DNA from: Squalus acanthias
Taxonomy: Eukaryota
Assembly: GCA_030390025.1 (NCBI GenBank)
Contig: CM059432.1
Coordinates: 71,984,001 to 72,048,000 of the forward strand
Length of the DNA stretch: 64,000 nucleotides
Direction: 5' to 3'
Shown: positions 19,774-33,643 of the stretch, piece after piece
Position numbering within the stretch: position 1 is the first letter of the stretch
How the letters are laid out: every line of letters begins with the position of its first letter
Notes under the pieces: generated by a model
Seen by the model: the letters and a program-made list of their open reading frames with translations, nothing else
Told to the model about the DNA's origin: nothing
Database searches by the model: none
Made by a program: the position numbers and the translations under genes

Positions 19774-20517
19774 GGCCCAGAAATTGATCTCGCTCTGTTC
19801 CCGCGGGGGTAAGCCTTCCCCGCGATGTCTCACCTCGCTTATGCTTTTTCTGATCCAGCTCGCACGAACTTGATGTTCCAGACATCAGCTGTGCTGGGCT
19901 TGCGTATCCCAGCGGCGTAGTGAATTCGTGCGAGCTGTGGGATCACGTGACTCAGTTAGAGCCAATGGCAGCACACCATCTTCCATTCATAAGTCTCACA
20001 GCATAGCTGTGAAATCTATGAATCTTACACCCCCCCAAAATAACAGCTAAACCTCAATTAAATTTAAAAAAAAAACCATCACATTAATAAAATAAGTATA
20101 GTTAATTAAATTAACCATTTTAAATAAAAAATTAAATTTTTGAAAAAATTTAAAATCTTTTAAAAAGTTATAAAAATAAACTTACCTGTCTTTAAAGTCT
20201 ATAAAAAAGATATACCTGTAAAAAAAAATTCAAAAAAATACTTAATTCACTACTTACCTTCTTAAAAGCGGGTCTTACTCCTCCTTTTTACATTTCCAAA
20301 ATCTTCCCTACTTACCTGCGCGTCCAAAGCATGAAGTGCACAGCGTGCGCGCAGCCTGTAGCGCGCACGCGATGCACCCAGGCCCCGCCCCCTTTTCAGA
20401 AGAGCAATTGCCGGTTTTCAGCGCATGCGCAGGGCATGCAGAAAACCGGCAATTGGAGTGGGAACACGCGAGAGTACGCAGTGCGTACTCTCGCGTCCCG
20501 GGATCAATTTTCGGCCC
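19774..20517. mobile_element. Non-autonomous Harbinger-type MITE (744 bp) inside CR1
   Basis: Imperfect TIRs GGCCCAGAAATTGATC / GATCAATTTTCGGCCC, flanks ATT/AAT; removal restores the CR1 reading TDIGDI|VIDNKEMAD. Confidence 0.8.
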
Positions 20518-20901
20518 AATATCACCAATATCAGTTTTCAAGGGGCCAACATTGCCCCTTACCACGCTCTTTTTCCTAATATAATTGTAAAAATTATTTG
20601 TGTTGATTTTAATATCCCTTGCAAGTTTCTTTTCATACTCCCTTTTTGTAGATCTTACTATCTGTTTTGTGACTCTTTGCTGTTCGTTGTATCTTTCCCA
20701 TTCACTAGGATCTGTGTTATTTTTTGCATTTTTATATGCTTTTTCTTTTAGTATTATGCTGTCTCTTACCTCTTTAGTCATCCATGATTGTTTTTTTTTT
20801 GGCAAGTAGAGCTCTTGCCCCTCAGGGGTATAAACTGGTTCTGTGTCACGTTAATTTCTTTTTGAATACCTCCTACTGATCTTCTGTCGTTTTACCCATT
20901 A

Positions 20902-21093
20902 CCGAACCTTCATCGTCGCTGGGTCAAAATCCTGGAACTCCCTACCTAACAGCACTGTGGGAGAACCTTCAACACATGGACTGCAGTGATTCAAGAAGGC
21001 GGCTCACCACCACTTTCTCAAGGGCAATTAGGGATGGGCAATAAATGCTGGCCTTGCCAGCGACGCCCACATCCCATAAACGAATATTAAAAA
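20902..21093 (+). mobile_element. Short retroposon 3' end inserted in CR1
   Basis: TTCTCAAGGGCAATTAGGGATGGGCAATAAATGCTGGCC tail also seen at ~28580-28650 and, reversed, at ~62855-63035. Confidence 0.75.
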
Positions 21094-22315
21094 AAATAGA
21101 TTTGCCCAGTTTATTGTGGACAGTCTCTTTCTCATCCCATTGAAGTTGGCCTTACCTAAATCTAAAATCTTATCTGTTTCGTGTTTCTCCCTTTCAAACA
21201 CTACTTTGAACTCAATCATGTTATGATCGCTATTGGATAAATGTTCACGCACCGTTAGGCTATTAAGTAAATCTGGCTCATTACTCATTACTAAATCTAA
21301 TATGGCATGCCCCCTTGTTAGCTCCAGGACATATTGTTGTAGAAAAAATATCCTGGACACACTCAAGAAATTCACTACCTTTCTGACAGGTGCTAGTCTA
21401 CTTATCCCAATCTATATGAAAGTTATAATCTCGCATTAAAACCACTCTGCCTTTACTACACGCTTGTCTAATCTCCACACTTATACAATCCAGCACCTCA
21501 CAGCTGCTACTGGAGGCCTATACACAACTCCCACTACAGTCTTAAATCCTTTCCTATTTCTTAATTCTATCCATAAAGTCTCTCGTTATATCTTCTCTTA
21601 CCATTGAAGTGATTTCATCCTTAATCGCTAAGACTACTCCACCCCTTCACCATTTCCCCTATCTTTCCTGTAGACTGAGGCTGTGAAAGATGCTATAATA
21701 ATGCAAGTTCTTTCTTTCTTTAAACCCCAATAAGGAGTTAAAGACCAGGGCCAAGTCCAGTTGGGCTCAGTGCAGTTCTTCCTGTAAGGTTATACTTTAC
21801 TAACAGATGGCAACTATTAACTGCCTTTTGTGTTAGCGATGGAGACTGTATGAACAGCTGGGATTTGGTTAAACTTGCCAGCATTTTTTGTAAAAAATAT
21901 ACTTGGTTAGCTTATAATCGACTTTCAACTCTCATAGTGAAGTCAGAGAGATAAAGAGGCAGAAAGCGAAGGATTTGGTATACAGCACCCCAGCCAGAGC
22001 TCAACTGTGTTTCTGTGCACACTATTTCATTCCAAGGAGCAAATTGTTAACATTGTACTAACAATCAGCAAAGATGACAAAGTTTGTTCACAATAGGGTA
22101 GATTATCTATTAGATTATGCCCGATTAATGGGCAGAAAGCAACTGTAACGGATCAGAAAAATGGGTACAGATCCATTATGCAAGATTTCCACACATTTAG
22201 CACCCCATTCAATTTTCTGGTTGGATTTTGTATTAGCACCCACCTGTTTGCAGTTAATTATATTAAAATTAGCCTCTGGTTATGTTATTTAGACATCCAC
22301 CTAACCTCCCAACAT

Positions 22316-25300
22316 TCCAGGATGGTATGTTGCCTCCCTGGTGCAAGGGTCAAGGATGTCTCGGAGCGGCTGCAGAACATTCTGGAAAGGGAGGGTGAAG
22401 AGCCAGCTGTCGTGGTGCATGTAGGTACCAACGATATAGATAAAAAGCGGGAAGAGGTGCTACAAGCAGAATTTAGGGAGCTAGGAGCTAAATTGAAAAG
22501 TAGGACCTCAAAGGTAGTAATCTCTGGGTTGCTACCAGCCACGTGCTAATCAGAGTAGCATGAACAGGATAGCGAGATTAAATACGTGGCTTGAGCAGTG
22601 GTGCAGGAGGGAGGGATTCAAATACCTGAGGCATTGGAACCAGTTCTGGGGGAAGTGGGACCTGTACAAAAGGGACGGTCTGCACTTGGGCAGGACTGGA
22701 ACCAATGTCCTCGGGGTAATATTTGCTAAGGCAGTTCGGGAGGATTTAAACTAATATGGCAGGGGAATGGGAACCTATGTAGCGAAACAGGGGGAAGTAA
22801 TATGCAGTCAGAAACAAATGTTAGAAGGGTGAGAAACAATAAGGGTAATCCGAGTAAACAAAGGCAAGAAACACAAAGGGCCATACTAAATCATAAGTCT
22901 AAAAGGACAAAGGGTGTTAATAAAACAAGCCTAAAGGCTCTGTGTCTTAATGCAAGGAGTATCCGTAGTAAGGTGGATGAATTGACTGTGCAAATTGATG
23001 TTAACGGATATGATGTGATTGGGATTACAGAGACGTGGCTCCAGAACAATCAAGACTGGGAACTGAATATCCAGGGGTATTCAACATTCAGGAAGGATAG
23101 AATAAAAGGAAAAGGGGGTGGGGTAGCATTGCTGGTTAAAAAGGAGATTAATGCAATAGCTAGGAAGGACATTAGCTTGGAGGATGTGGAATCAATATGG
23201 GTTGAGCTGCAGAACACCAAAGGGCAGAAAACGTTAGTGGGGGTTGTGTACAGACCTCCAAACAGTAGTAGTGAGGTGGGGGAGGGTATGAAACAGGAAA
23301 TCAGAGGTGCATGCAAAAAAGGCGCTGCAGTTATCATGGGTGACTTTAATATGCATATAGATTGGGCTACTCAAACTGGAAGCAATACGGTGGAGGAGGA
23401 TTTCCTGGAGTGTTTAAGGGATGGTTTCCTAAACCAATATGTTGAGGAACCAACTAGAGGGGAGGCCATCCTGGACTGGGTGTTGTGTAATGAGGAAGGA
23501 CTAATCAGCAATCTTGTGGTGCGAGGCCCCTTGGGGAAGAGTGACCATAGTATGGTGGAGTTCTACATTAGGATGGAGAAGGAAACAGTTAATTCAGAGA
23601 CCATGGTCCAGAACTTAAATAAGGGCAACTTTGAGGGTATGAGGCGTGAATTGGCGAGGTTAGATTGGCAAGCGATATTTAAGGGGTTATCAGTGGAAGG
23701 GCAATGGCAGACATTTAGAGATCGCATGGATGAACTACAGCAATTGTACATCCCTGTCTGGCGTAAAAATAAAAAAGGGAAGATGGCTCAACCATGGCTA
23801 ACAAGGGAAATCAGGGATAGTATTAAAAGCAAGGAAGTGGCATACAAATTGGCCAGAAGTAGCAGCAAACCCGGGGACTGGGAGAACTTTAAAACTCAGC
23901 AGAGGAGGACGAAGGGTTTGATTAGGGCAGGGAAAATAAAATATGAAAGGAAGCTTGCGGAGAACATTAAAACGGACTGCAAAAGCTTCTATAAATATGT
24001 AAAAAGAAAGAGGTTAGTAAAAACAAACGTAGGTCCCCTGCAGTCAGAAACAGGGGAAGTCATAATGGGGAACAAAGAAATGGCAGATCAATTGAACAAG
24101 TACTTTGGTTCGGTGTTTACTGTGGAGGACACAAACAACCTTCCGGAAATAAAAGAGATCAAAGGATCTGGTAAGAGGGAGGAGCTGAGGGAAATCCTTA
24201 TCAGTCGGGAAAAGGTGTTGGGGAAATTGATGGGACTGAAGGCTGATAAATCCCCAGGGCTTGATGGTCTGCATCCCAGAGTACTTAAGGAGGTGGCCTT
24301 GGAAATAGTGGATGCATTGACGATCATTTTCCAACATTCCTTAGACTCTGGATCAGTTCCGAAGGAGTGGAGGGTGGCTAATGTAACCCCTCTTTTTAAA
24401 AAAGGAGGGAGGGAGAAAGCAGGGAATTATAGACCGGTCAGCCTGACATCGGTGGTGGGTAAAATGATGGAATCAATTATTAAAGATGTCATAACAGACC
24501 ATTTGGAAAGTGGCGACATGATAGGTCCAAGTCAGCATGGATTTGTGAAAGGGAAATCATGCTTGACAAATCTTCTGGATTTTTTTGAGGATGTTTCCAA
24601 TAGGGTGGACGGGGGGGGAACCAGTAGATGTGGTGTATTTGGACTTTCAGAAGGCCTTCGACAAGGTCCCACACAAGAGATTGGTGTGCAAAGTTAAAGC
24701 ACATGGGATTGGGGGTAATGTGTTGACATGGATTGAGAACTGGTTGGCACACAGGAAACAAAGAGTAGGAGTAAATGGGTACTTTTCAGAATGGCAGGCA
24801 GTGACCAGCGGTGTACCGCAGGGTTCAGTGCTGGGGCCCCAGCTGTTTACATTATATATTAATGATTTGGACGAAGGGATTAATTGTAATATCTCCAAAT
24901 TTGCGGATGACACTAAATTGGGAGGCAGTGTGAACAATGAGGAGGATGCTAGGAGGCTACAGAGTGACTTGGACAGGTTGGGTGAATGGGCAAATGTATG
25001 GCAGATGAAGTACAATGTGGATAAATGTGAGGTTATCCACTTTGGTGGTAAAAATAGGGAGGCAGACTATTACCTGAATGGTGGCAGATTAGGGAAAGGG
25101 GAGGTGCAACGAGACCTGGGCGTCATGGTACATCAGTCACTGAAGGTGGGAAGGCAAGTGCAGCAGGCAGTCAAGAAAGCAAATGGCATGATGGCCTTCA
25201 TAGCAAGGGGATTTGAGTACAGGAGTAGGGAGGTGATGCTACAGTTGTACAGGGCCTTGGTGAGGCCACACCTGGAGTATTGTGTGCAGTTTTGGTCTCC

Positions 25301-25830
25301 TAACTTGAGGAAGGACATTCTTGCTATTGAGGGAGTGCAACGAAGGTTCACTAGATTGATTCCTGGGATGTCCAGACTGACATATCAAGAAAGACTGGAT
25401 CAACTGAACTTGTATCCTCTGGAGTTCAGAAGAATGAGGGGGGATCTTATAGAGACGTTTAAAATCCTGACTGGTTTAGACAAATTAGATGCGGGCAGAA
25501 TGTTTCCAATGTTAGGGAAAACTAAAACCAGGGGTCACAGTCTAAGGATAAAGGGGAAGCCATTTAAGACTGAGATGAGGAGGAATTTCTTCACCCAGAG
25601 AGTGGTGAGTCTGTGGAATTCTCTGCCACAGAAGGTTGTTGAGGCCAGTTCGCTAAATATATTCAAAAGGGAGTTAGATATAATACTCACATCTAGGGGG
25701 ATCAAGGGGTATGGCGAGAAAGCAGGAATGGGGTACTGAGGTAGCATGTTCAGCCATGAACACATTAAATGGCGGTGCAGGCTCGAAGGACCGAATAGTC
25801 TACTCCTGCACCTATTTTCTATTTTTCTAT
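22316..25830 (+). mobile_element. 5'-truncated young CR1 LINE (ORF1 SGNH esterase end + ORF2 + 3' UTR)
   Basis: ORF1 CCLPGA..VVHVGTND..RDGLHL (frameshift near 22540); ORF2; TTTCTAT-type tail interrupted by the MITE at 25831. Confidence 0.95.
22802..25739 (+). pseudogene. CR1 ORF2 apurinic endonuclease-reverse transcriptase with one frameshift in the G8 run at 24611-24618
   Basis: EN: NARS, ITETWL, GDFN, SDH; RT: YRPVSL, DFQKAFD, GVPQGSVLGP, FADD. The 631-aa and 384-aa ORFs overlap at the homopolymer. Confidence 0.93.
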
Positions 25831-26718
25831 GGGGGAAAAATTCAGTTGGTTGCGCCTCCCGTTAGCGCCTTAAGAGGGCGCTAATGGGGCGCAAAGCATC
25901 TAGCGCCCAGGCGCGGCGAAGTTTGCGCCGCTCGCGAAATTAACTAGACATTTTGCGGCGGCACTAAACACTACCGCCACGATCTCCTGCGCGGCAGATC
26001 GTGACGTCACTCGAGTGCGCAACGCCCCGGTATCGCCCCGGAGCGGATATTGAGTGGCGCCCCCTGCCTTACCGCCTGACGCTAGCAACGACAGGTTGAG
26101 GGGAGCGTTCTGCAGTCATGAAGGGAACGGGGGAGCGCTATTTAAAGGTGACCGCTTCCTGCCTTTTATTGTTGGTGCCATTTTTGAACTACGCATTCTG
26201 AGCGAGAGAGAGACTTCTGGAGAGATTCAACGTTGTGTGAAGGAGTTTTGGGTACTGAGCAGCACTTTGCAGGTTCATTTTGATTTGCCATTCCTTGTAT
26301 CGATTTAGAAGAGACTGTGGGGGCTGCACTCTGAGCTCTTTGCCTGGTACTCTCCATTGATCTTTCCAGCAGATTTGATGTGCAGGTCTCTCCAGGCCGA
26401 GATTCAAGGCTGCAATGAGCAGGATGTGGATGGAAAGCAAGATTAACCATCCCCTTTAAGAACTGGCCCGTGTCATTGTGTGTGTGTTCCATTGTTGACT
26501 GACATTACATGAGCTTCGCCAGTGCTCTGAGGTAGCGCCTCGCTCCTCGGCCTTTGCGCCTTAAGACAGGTGTGAAGCGCCTGATTTAGCGCTCCAATCA
26601 CCTCCAGGGGCGATAAAAGTCAAGTTTGCAGTCGGTGGCGATAATTAGCGCCAGGCGCTAATCTTTGCGCCCGGCCGACAATTGCGCCCCAAATGGGGCG
26701 AAACTGAATTTCTCCCCC
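25831..26718. mobile_element. Harbinger MITE (888 bp) related to element 33132-37279
   Basis: TIRs GGGGGAAAAATTCAGTT / AACTGAATTTCTCCCCC, perfect TAT TSD; both ends match the ends of the 4.1-kb element; no coding region. Confidence 0.93.
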
Positions 26719-26974
26719 TATGTTTCTATTAGTATGCTCCAAAGGACCAACACTGTCAATGGCAGAAACAGCCAGCTGCGCCTTCAAGTTCTGTTCCTCT
26801 ACCTCCTTACATTATGCTGCAGTGATGTCCTTTGGGGAGGGTACTCTGGAGAGGCATGCAGAGGCATGCTCCTCACTACTACTTCATTCTACGCTGCATA
26901 CACTTCACCAGTCAGCAAACAAAAAGTTGGACTGTTGCATTGTTAGCCTCAAACTTAGATTCCTCTCTCCATTT

Positions 26975-27295
26975 ATCCCTGGTTGCCCTGAGAAAGTGGT
27001 AGTGGGCCTGTTTGAACTGCTTTCTTTATAGCAGTTTTGATACAACTGTAGAGGCCAGTTAAGAGTCAATCACATTGGTGTGGGACTGGAGTCACGTATA
27101 GGCCAGACTGGGTTAGAGCAGCAAGTTTCCTCCCCTAAAGGACATTAGTGACCCAAATGTTTTTTTAGGACAAGCCAGCAGCTTCATGGTGACTTTATTT
27201 CCAGATTAAACTGAATTCAAATTCTTAAACTGCTATGGTGGTATTTGAACATTGTCTGGATTATTAGTCCTAGTCTCTGAGTTTACTAGTCCAAA
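26975..27295 (-). mobile_element. SINE-like repeat
   Basis: Shares CAGTTAAGAGTCAA(C/T)CACATTG..GGAGTCAC..GGCCAGAC with 63150-63207; tRNA-like head at the right end. Family not identified. Confidence 0.55.
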
Positions 27296-27403
27296 GTAAA
27301 TGAAGTTTAGGCTATTAAGGACTTGCTAAAGGCCAATTTAAGGTACCTTGCAGAAAACTTTGCAGCCTTGGACCTCCCACAGCAAAGGCTTCTACTTAAC
27401 CAC

Positions 27404-28655
27404 ATCGTTGGGTATTCTGCGGCGAGTGTCTCACCTCCTGACTCCCCAAAGCCTTTCCGCTATCTACAAGGCACAAGTCAGGAGTGTGATGGAATACTCT
27501 CCACTTGCCTGCATGAGTGCAACTGCAACAACACTCAAGAAGCTTGACACCATCCAGGACAAAGCAGCTCGCTTGATTGACCCATTGAGAGAGAGTGACA
27601 GCCCTTGACATCAAGGCAGCATTTGACCGAGTGTGGCTTCAAGGAGTCCCAGTACAATTGAGGTCAATGGGAATCGGGGGAAAGCTCTTCACTGGCTGGA
27701 GTCATACCTAGCACAAAGGAAGATGGTTGTCGTTGTTGGAGGTCAATCATCTCAGCCCCAGGACATCGCTGCAGGAGTTCCTCAGGGCAGTGTCCTAGGC
27801 GCAACCATCTTCAGCTGCTTCATCAATGACCTTCCCTCCATCATAAGGTCAGAAGTGGGGATGTTCGCTGATGATTGCACGGTGTTCAGTTTGATTTGCA
27901 ACTCCTCAGATAATGAAGCAGTCCATGCCTGCATGCAGCAAGACTTGGACGACATTCAGGCTTGGGCTGATAAGTGGCAAGTGACATTCATGCCCCACAA
28001 GAGCCAGGCAATGGTTATCTCCAACAAGAGAAAGTCTAACCACAGTCCCGACATTCAATGGCATTACCATCGTCGAACCCCCCACCATCAACATCCTGCG
28101 GGTCACCATTGACCAGAAACATAACTGGACCAGCCACATAAATACTGTGGCAGCAAGAACTGGTCACAGGCTGGGTATTCTGCAGCGTGTTTCACCTCCT
28201 GATTCCCCAAAGCCTTTCCACCATCTACAAGGCACAAGTCAGGAGTGTGATGGAATACTCTCCACTTGCTTGGATGAGTGCAGCTCCAACAACACTCAAG
28301 AAGCTCGACACCATCCAGGACAAAAGCAGCCCGCTTGATTGGCATCCCTTCCACCACCTTAAACATTCACTCCCTCCACCACCAGCGTACCGTGGCTGCA
28401 GTGTGTACCATCCACTAGATGCACTGCAGCAACTCGCCAAGGCTTCTTCGTCAGCACCTCCTAAACCCGTAGCCTCTACCACCTAGAAGGACAAGGGCAG
28501 CAGGTACATGGGAACACCACCACCTCCAAGTTCCCCTCCAAGTCACACACCATCCTGAAATATAGGCTCATTACCACCTTCTCAAGGGCAATTAGGGATG
28601 GGCAACAAATGCTGGCCTTGCCAGCGACGCCCACATCCCAGGAACAAATAAAATA
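27404..28655 (+). mobile_element. CR1-group LINE RT and 3' end, rearranged and decayed
   Basis: AGVPQGSVLG, MFADD, WADKWQV, YKAQVRSVMEY; segment ~28170-28340 is duplicated at ~27405-27580. Confidence 0.85.
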
Positions 28656-29049
28656 AATCACCTGACAAATGTATTTATCCATTGTACAGACTGCTTCTGT
28701 TGAGAAGAACCATGTTAAAGTTCCAACTGTTGGATGATTGATGTAAGATGGCAGTTAAACTACAGCAGATAGAAACATACAGCCTATTAAACATTCGCAG
28801 TATTTTGCTTTTGTCGAAATGTACAGCTTGTTGTTTCTGAACACACTGGGGTGTAAAACACGGGTGGGGAAAGGTGGAGGGGGAGGTTATTTTGGCCAAA
28901 GGATGAAAACAGGCACTAAATGGGTGCTGTGCTAAGAAGAAACTCCTGTTTTAAAGTCAATATTTAGCCTGCAATTTTTCGGCTAATTGATGATTACCAG
29001 AATTTGAACTTGCCTGCAGGCACTAACCAGACACCTGCAGGTATAGCGC

Positions 29050-29942
29050 TCAAGTGCTGATTAGACACAATTCTCGTGGTGCAGTGTACGTGGGCTCCAC
29101 GCACCAACTTCCACTGAAGGCGTGAAGTGCTCTGGCTGATACACAGTGGCACATTTCAGGATGCTCAGGGACCGAGGGAGAGGGGACACAGGTTCTCGGA
29201 TGTGGTACTGGAGGTCCTGGTGGAGGAAGTCCAGAGGAGGAGGGAAGTCCTGTACTCGCAGGGGAGAAGGACGCCACCTCACCTTCCTCGCCCTCTTGTC
29301 CCTCTCTCCTGCAGCAGCTGGTTCTCCTCTGCCTGGCCTCATGTGCTCCCCCCATTCCTCGTCCAGACCAAGGGGGACCCGTAACAAGATGCCGATGACC
29401 AAGCACTCCCTTTCTCCTGATGACTCATAAAGTGGAGTAGCACAGCACTTACTCTTTTTAGGTGAAGTTCTCAGGGAATTTTCGGAATAAATGTTGATCG
29501 AGTGTTGGTGAAGGCTGGACAAAGTGTCCCAGAAAGTCTCCCGATGTGTTTCAGAGGTCCTCTTCGCAGCTCCAGCAGTAATGACTGTGAAATGGAGAGT
29601 ATCCCTTTAAGTGGTGAGTATTCCTTTAAGTAGCGCTTGAAATCAACATCAATGCCATGTTTACTCCCAAACAGCTGGTCGCTGTTAAGAGAGGGCATTA
29701 GTTGATGTGCTAGCCACCAAAATGCTGTGCAGCCTCTTTAATGAGCGCTAGCAGGCATTTTAAGTGGCAATCAGCTGTTTAACAAGCCTCTGGGCGGCTG
29801 TTCCTTGAGCAGGCTTGAATTCCTTTACCAAGATGGCATCTTGGCGCTAAATGCAGACTAAACTGGCGTTTCAGCTTAAGACCCCATCTTGGTCACCTCT
29901 TTACCTCTTTAACGCCTAAAGTATTTGACGAAAATCGGCCCC
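29050..29942 (-). mobile_element. Decayed Harbinger end with transposase 5' remnant
   Basis: Arg-rich/PPRVY-like start resembling 59.7-59.9 kb; GCGCT-type subterminal motifs; ends AAAATCGGCCC. Confidence 0.45.
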
Positions 29943-31719
29943 TTCTATTCTAATTTGCATTTCTTTAATATTGGCTAGAATCCAAAGTGCCAATGGCACT
30001 CATTTTTGTGTCTAACTTTATTTGAATATTGACTCACAATTCCAAGTGCAAACTGTTGGTTCTAGGGATGACACCAATGACAGGAGATGAAAATTGTGTG
30101 TAAGTTAAATTTAAGGGATGGCAACAATTAAAGGGGAGTGTCACAAGGCGGGGGAGAGCTCACTGGAGCAGGTTAAAATTGGGAATGGTCAGCTAGCGGA
30201 GGTTTCAGTGTGGGTAAATAACCTGGACAATTTTAACTGCCCACCTGCCAAATTTCTGCTGGGCTGGTAGAGTTAATATCCCCGCCCCTATTTCTGGGCT
30301 CTTACAAGCCAGGACCTCTGCCTGTAGACCCCAGTAGGCCCCACTTCTACCCCTTACCTGATTTGTAATCATCTTGATTTGCACCGTTCAGCTTAAAAAA
30401 GTTTTACCCATAAAGTTGCTGAAAGTGCGAGCTGCCAACAGTGCAGGAAGAGAAACAGGGCATCTGGGACATGAGTGAACAAGGCAACCAACAGGGTTCA
30501 TTGGCAGTCATTAATACTTAAACAATCAGGGTGGCTAAGGGCAAGATGCCATTTTCGCGAAGCTGACGGTGGAGTGGCCCAACTCAAACAGCAACTTTTG
30601 GATATTCATATTTAACTGCATATCTGCTCTTCACCTGAAGTTGCTGTACCAGTTACCTGTAAATAACGGCGACACCACTAGCCTTGCCATTACTTTGAAA
30701 GCAAATTCTGGCCCAATGTTTGCGGTGCACTGAGATTCTGCCCACCTCAGTCCCAAATGGAATTTGGCTGGCTTGAATGGGATCCGTCATAGCCACGTCC
30801 CATCTGATTTTGCTCAGGTAAACTCTACACTCTCAGCCGACTTGTGCCTAGAATGCACCTCTGGCCCTGAGGAAATTCGGTGCCATTAAGTACGACCTCA
30901 GAAATAAGAATATTCTTTGCTTTAAGCTAGATCTCTGTGTTAGATACGCAGTGATACTGAGACAATTATGATTGAAATGCCCTGCAGAATACTGAGCCAC
31001 AAATTACAAGGTCAGGTTGTAAATGTTATTTTCATTCTCTAGCATGTCCTATTAAATGTGAATCCACAAGATACTGGGAAAACAGGAAACAAACACAGCT
31101 ATTATTTAATTTTTACCACATGTTCAAAACTTGTTTGCTTCATCCCTTTTTTGCTTACAGGACAGAGTAAAGAAAAGCTTACAAATGTCCTGATTATTCA
31201 CAATTGCTTTCAAGTGCCAGTCTCAGAGACACAGCTTAAATGCCTTTTCCTGTGTGACAGGCATCTTACACTCGAACCTCATGACTTCTGCTGAGGCATC
31301 TGATCTGATTTCCACTTCACAGTTTGCAAAATTAATGACTTGGTCCAGGAGTCAGCAGATATGTATCTTTGAACTGGTGAGAAATCATATCAAATGACCA
31401 GCAAGGACTGCTCCAACTAACAATCATTTAACGCAGGCTGCATGGTTCCCATTACAGGCCTCAGTAAGTGCAGGGCCTTCCAGGTATATTGGGTTTCCCA
31501 CGCTTCCAGCTGAGTTGATCAAATTGAAGAGCATCTAATTTTAACTTTGAGCAATAGTGTAAAATGAGTCCTGGTGAATCGGCAGACCATTTTACATTGA
31601 AGTCGGGAGAAAAATAAAACAGGCTGCCGATTTGCTATCAACCATTTTCCACTCACCCCATAGAGTACACAGCCACATTAACAAACTTTAGTAGATTCTA
31701 GCTCACTAAGCAGCTCTTT

Positions 31720-31900
31720 AGCAGCTTAGCAAGTGGATCAGTGGTGGGAGATGTGAGCAGAACGGGAAGGAGCTTGGCGAGATTAGCTTCCAGTGGGCGT
31801 GTGGGCATGAAGGTCAGCGAGAGAGGAGGATGGAGCAGTTGCAGTGGCTTCTCACAAGGAGACAGCGAGGAGTGCCTCATGAGGCTTTCAGAGAATACTG
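31720..31900 (-). mobile_element. L2-like LINE fragment
   Basis: ANLAKLLPV peptide matches the L2 copy near 48300-48480. Confidence 0.55.
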
Positions 31901-33643
31901 AGCAAAGCATCCATTTTAGAAACCGTTGATTTTCATTTCCTTTGAAATCGTTGGGAATGACAATCAGATAGTCTGTAACAGGCAGCCGATCCGCAACCCA
32001 GTTATACACCCGGGCGGCAAGTTAAAAATCTACCCCCCTATTTACCAGACTAAATATATGACCTAAAGTCTGAGCCGTGAATCAGTTGAAGTGCTACAAA
32101 TTATTTTGTAAATCAATAAATAAAACCTTTTCTCTGTGTATTTTTGTCCAATTACAGTTGTAAAGCAATCTCATTCATTGCATCAGATGTTTTATTTTTT
32201 TGAAAAAGGACTTCCAAAAATGTGCATCTGTAAAGGGTTCATGGACTTTGAACCAGACAATATCTTCTCAGTGAAATAATACCCCATACAGATAGGCACG
32301 TTTTCCAGAAAAGAAAATGAGATAATAGAATCATCGAGATTGTGAAACATAAGAAGGGTGTTACTCCATGATGCAATGGGTGATCCTTCACCAGAGCTAT
32401 CTACTCTAATCTTACTTCTCTACTCTATTCCTGGGAGAAATATTTTTCTGCTTCAAGAGTTTATCGATGCAATCATAAAAGTTGTGATTGACTCAACTCT
32501 AATGGCCACGAGTCAGGGATAACAGATATATGTCTTGACAATGGAGAAGTGATCTGAAGACTGAACTCCATATGGATTCGCAATAGAGAAAATGAATGTT
32601 TCCAGAGGCAAACTAGCTTCTTGGGAAATGTACACCCAGTCTGAGGCAAAGAGCAGCCTTCCTCCGTGTCAATGAATGTATGGCAAAATGAGCAAGCACG
32701 GATTGAGGCTTCCAAGCTAATGATTTTCTCCTCAGGGAGTACTCTCAAAAGAGTTGGAGTAGTTTTACATGGGTAATTGCTAATATGGGCTGCAGCTTCT
32801 GTTAAAGAAGTTATATTCTCTCTGAGCCTTTGTTGGTAGCGACGAAGCTTAAAATTGCACGGCTGCATTAGTTTTTGATAATAGCCGTAAACATAGTTGA
32901 ATAAATCAACAGGGAACTTTGATTCAGTAAAAATAGAAGTGGCTTTGCATTTCCTTTACAGAGCTATATTCCCAACGCGAACGTATGAGTTCCCTCCCCG
33001 CCTCCCCGTAAATATCGGGGCCTTTATCTCACAATCGCTGTATTTCGTTTTGCAAAGTGTAGTTTATGAAAAGTGCATATTGACCAGAATTCTGAATTAT
33101 TCGTGCTCTGAGAAAGGAGTGAAAACAGAAAGGGGTAAAAATTCACTTGGTTGCGCCTCCCGTTAGCGCCTTAAGAGGGCGCTAATGGGGCGTTAAGCCG
33201 CTAACGCCCGGGCGCAGCGCTGTTTGCGCCGCTCGAGAACTTAACTTGAGATTGTGCGGCGGCGCTAAAACTTACCGCTGCGACCACCTGCGCGCGCAGA
33301 TTGTGACGTCATTTCATGGTGCAACGCCCTTGGGGCGCCCCGGAGCGGAAATTGAGTGGCGCCCCCTGCCTTACCGCCTGGCGCTTCCAACGACCGGAAG
33401 ACTGGAACGTTATCAATCGGTGTGGGGCTGGGGGGGGCGCTATTTAAAGGGGGCCTCTTCCTGTCTTTTTCTGTGGTCGACATTTATGCACCACTCGTTC
33501 TGAGAGAGAGAGAGAGATTCGGAGAGAGAGAGAGAGAGACTTCTACATTGACTCAACGCTTTGTGAGGTAGTTTGGCCTAGTTCATCCTAACTTTGTTGC
33601 TACTTTAGTTGCTGTACCTCATTACTTTTCTGGCAAAGAGAAT

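Larger units (their letters stand above)
18035..21670 (-). mobile_element. CR1 LINE ORF2 (EN-RT), decayed, with nested insertions
   Basis: Fragments ILDLVMSN..SDHNMI, KSPGPNGFHPRVLKE, YIDFQKAF, LVRPHLEYC, FYTQRVVEVWNSL; multiple stops and frameshifts; repeat tail at the left end. Confidence 0.92.

Noticed and set aside
31060..33130. Possible decayed host coding sequence on the minus strand (ankyrin-like PALTEACNGNHAACVK near 31430-31480, 131-aa ORF at 32473-32868, acceptor-like tract near 33110)
   Set aside because: Stops in all frames and no protein I can recognise; needs BLASTX.
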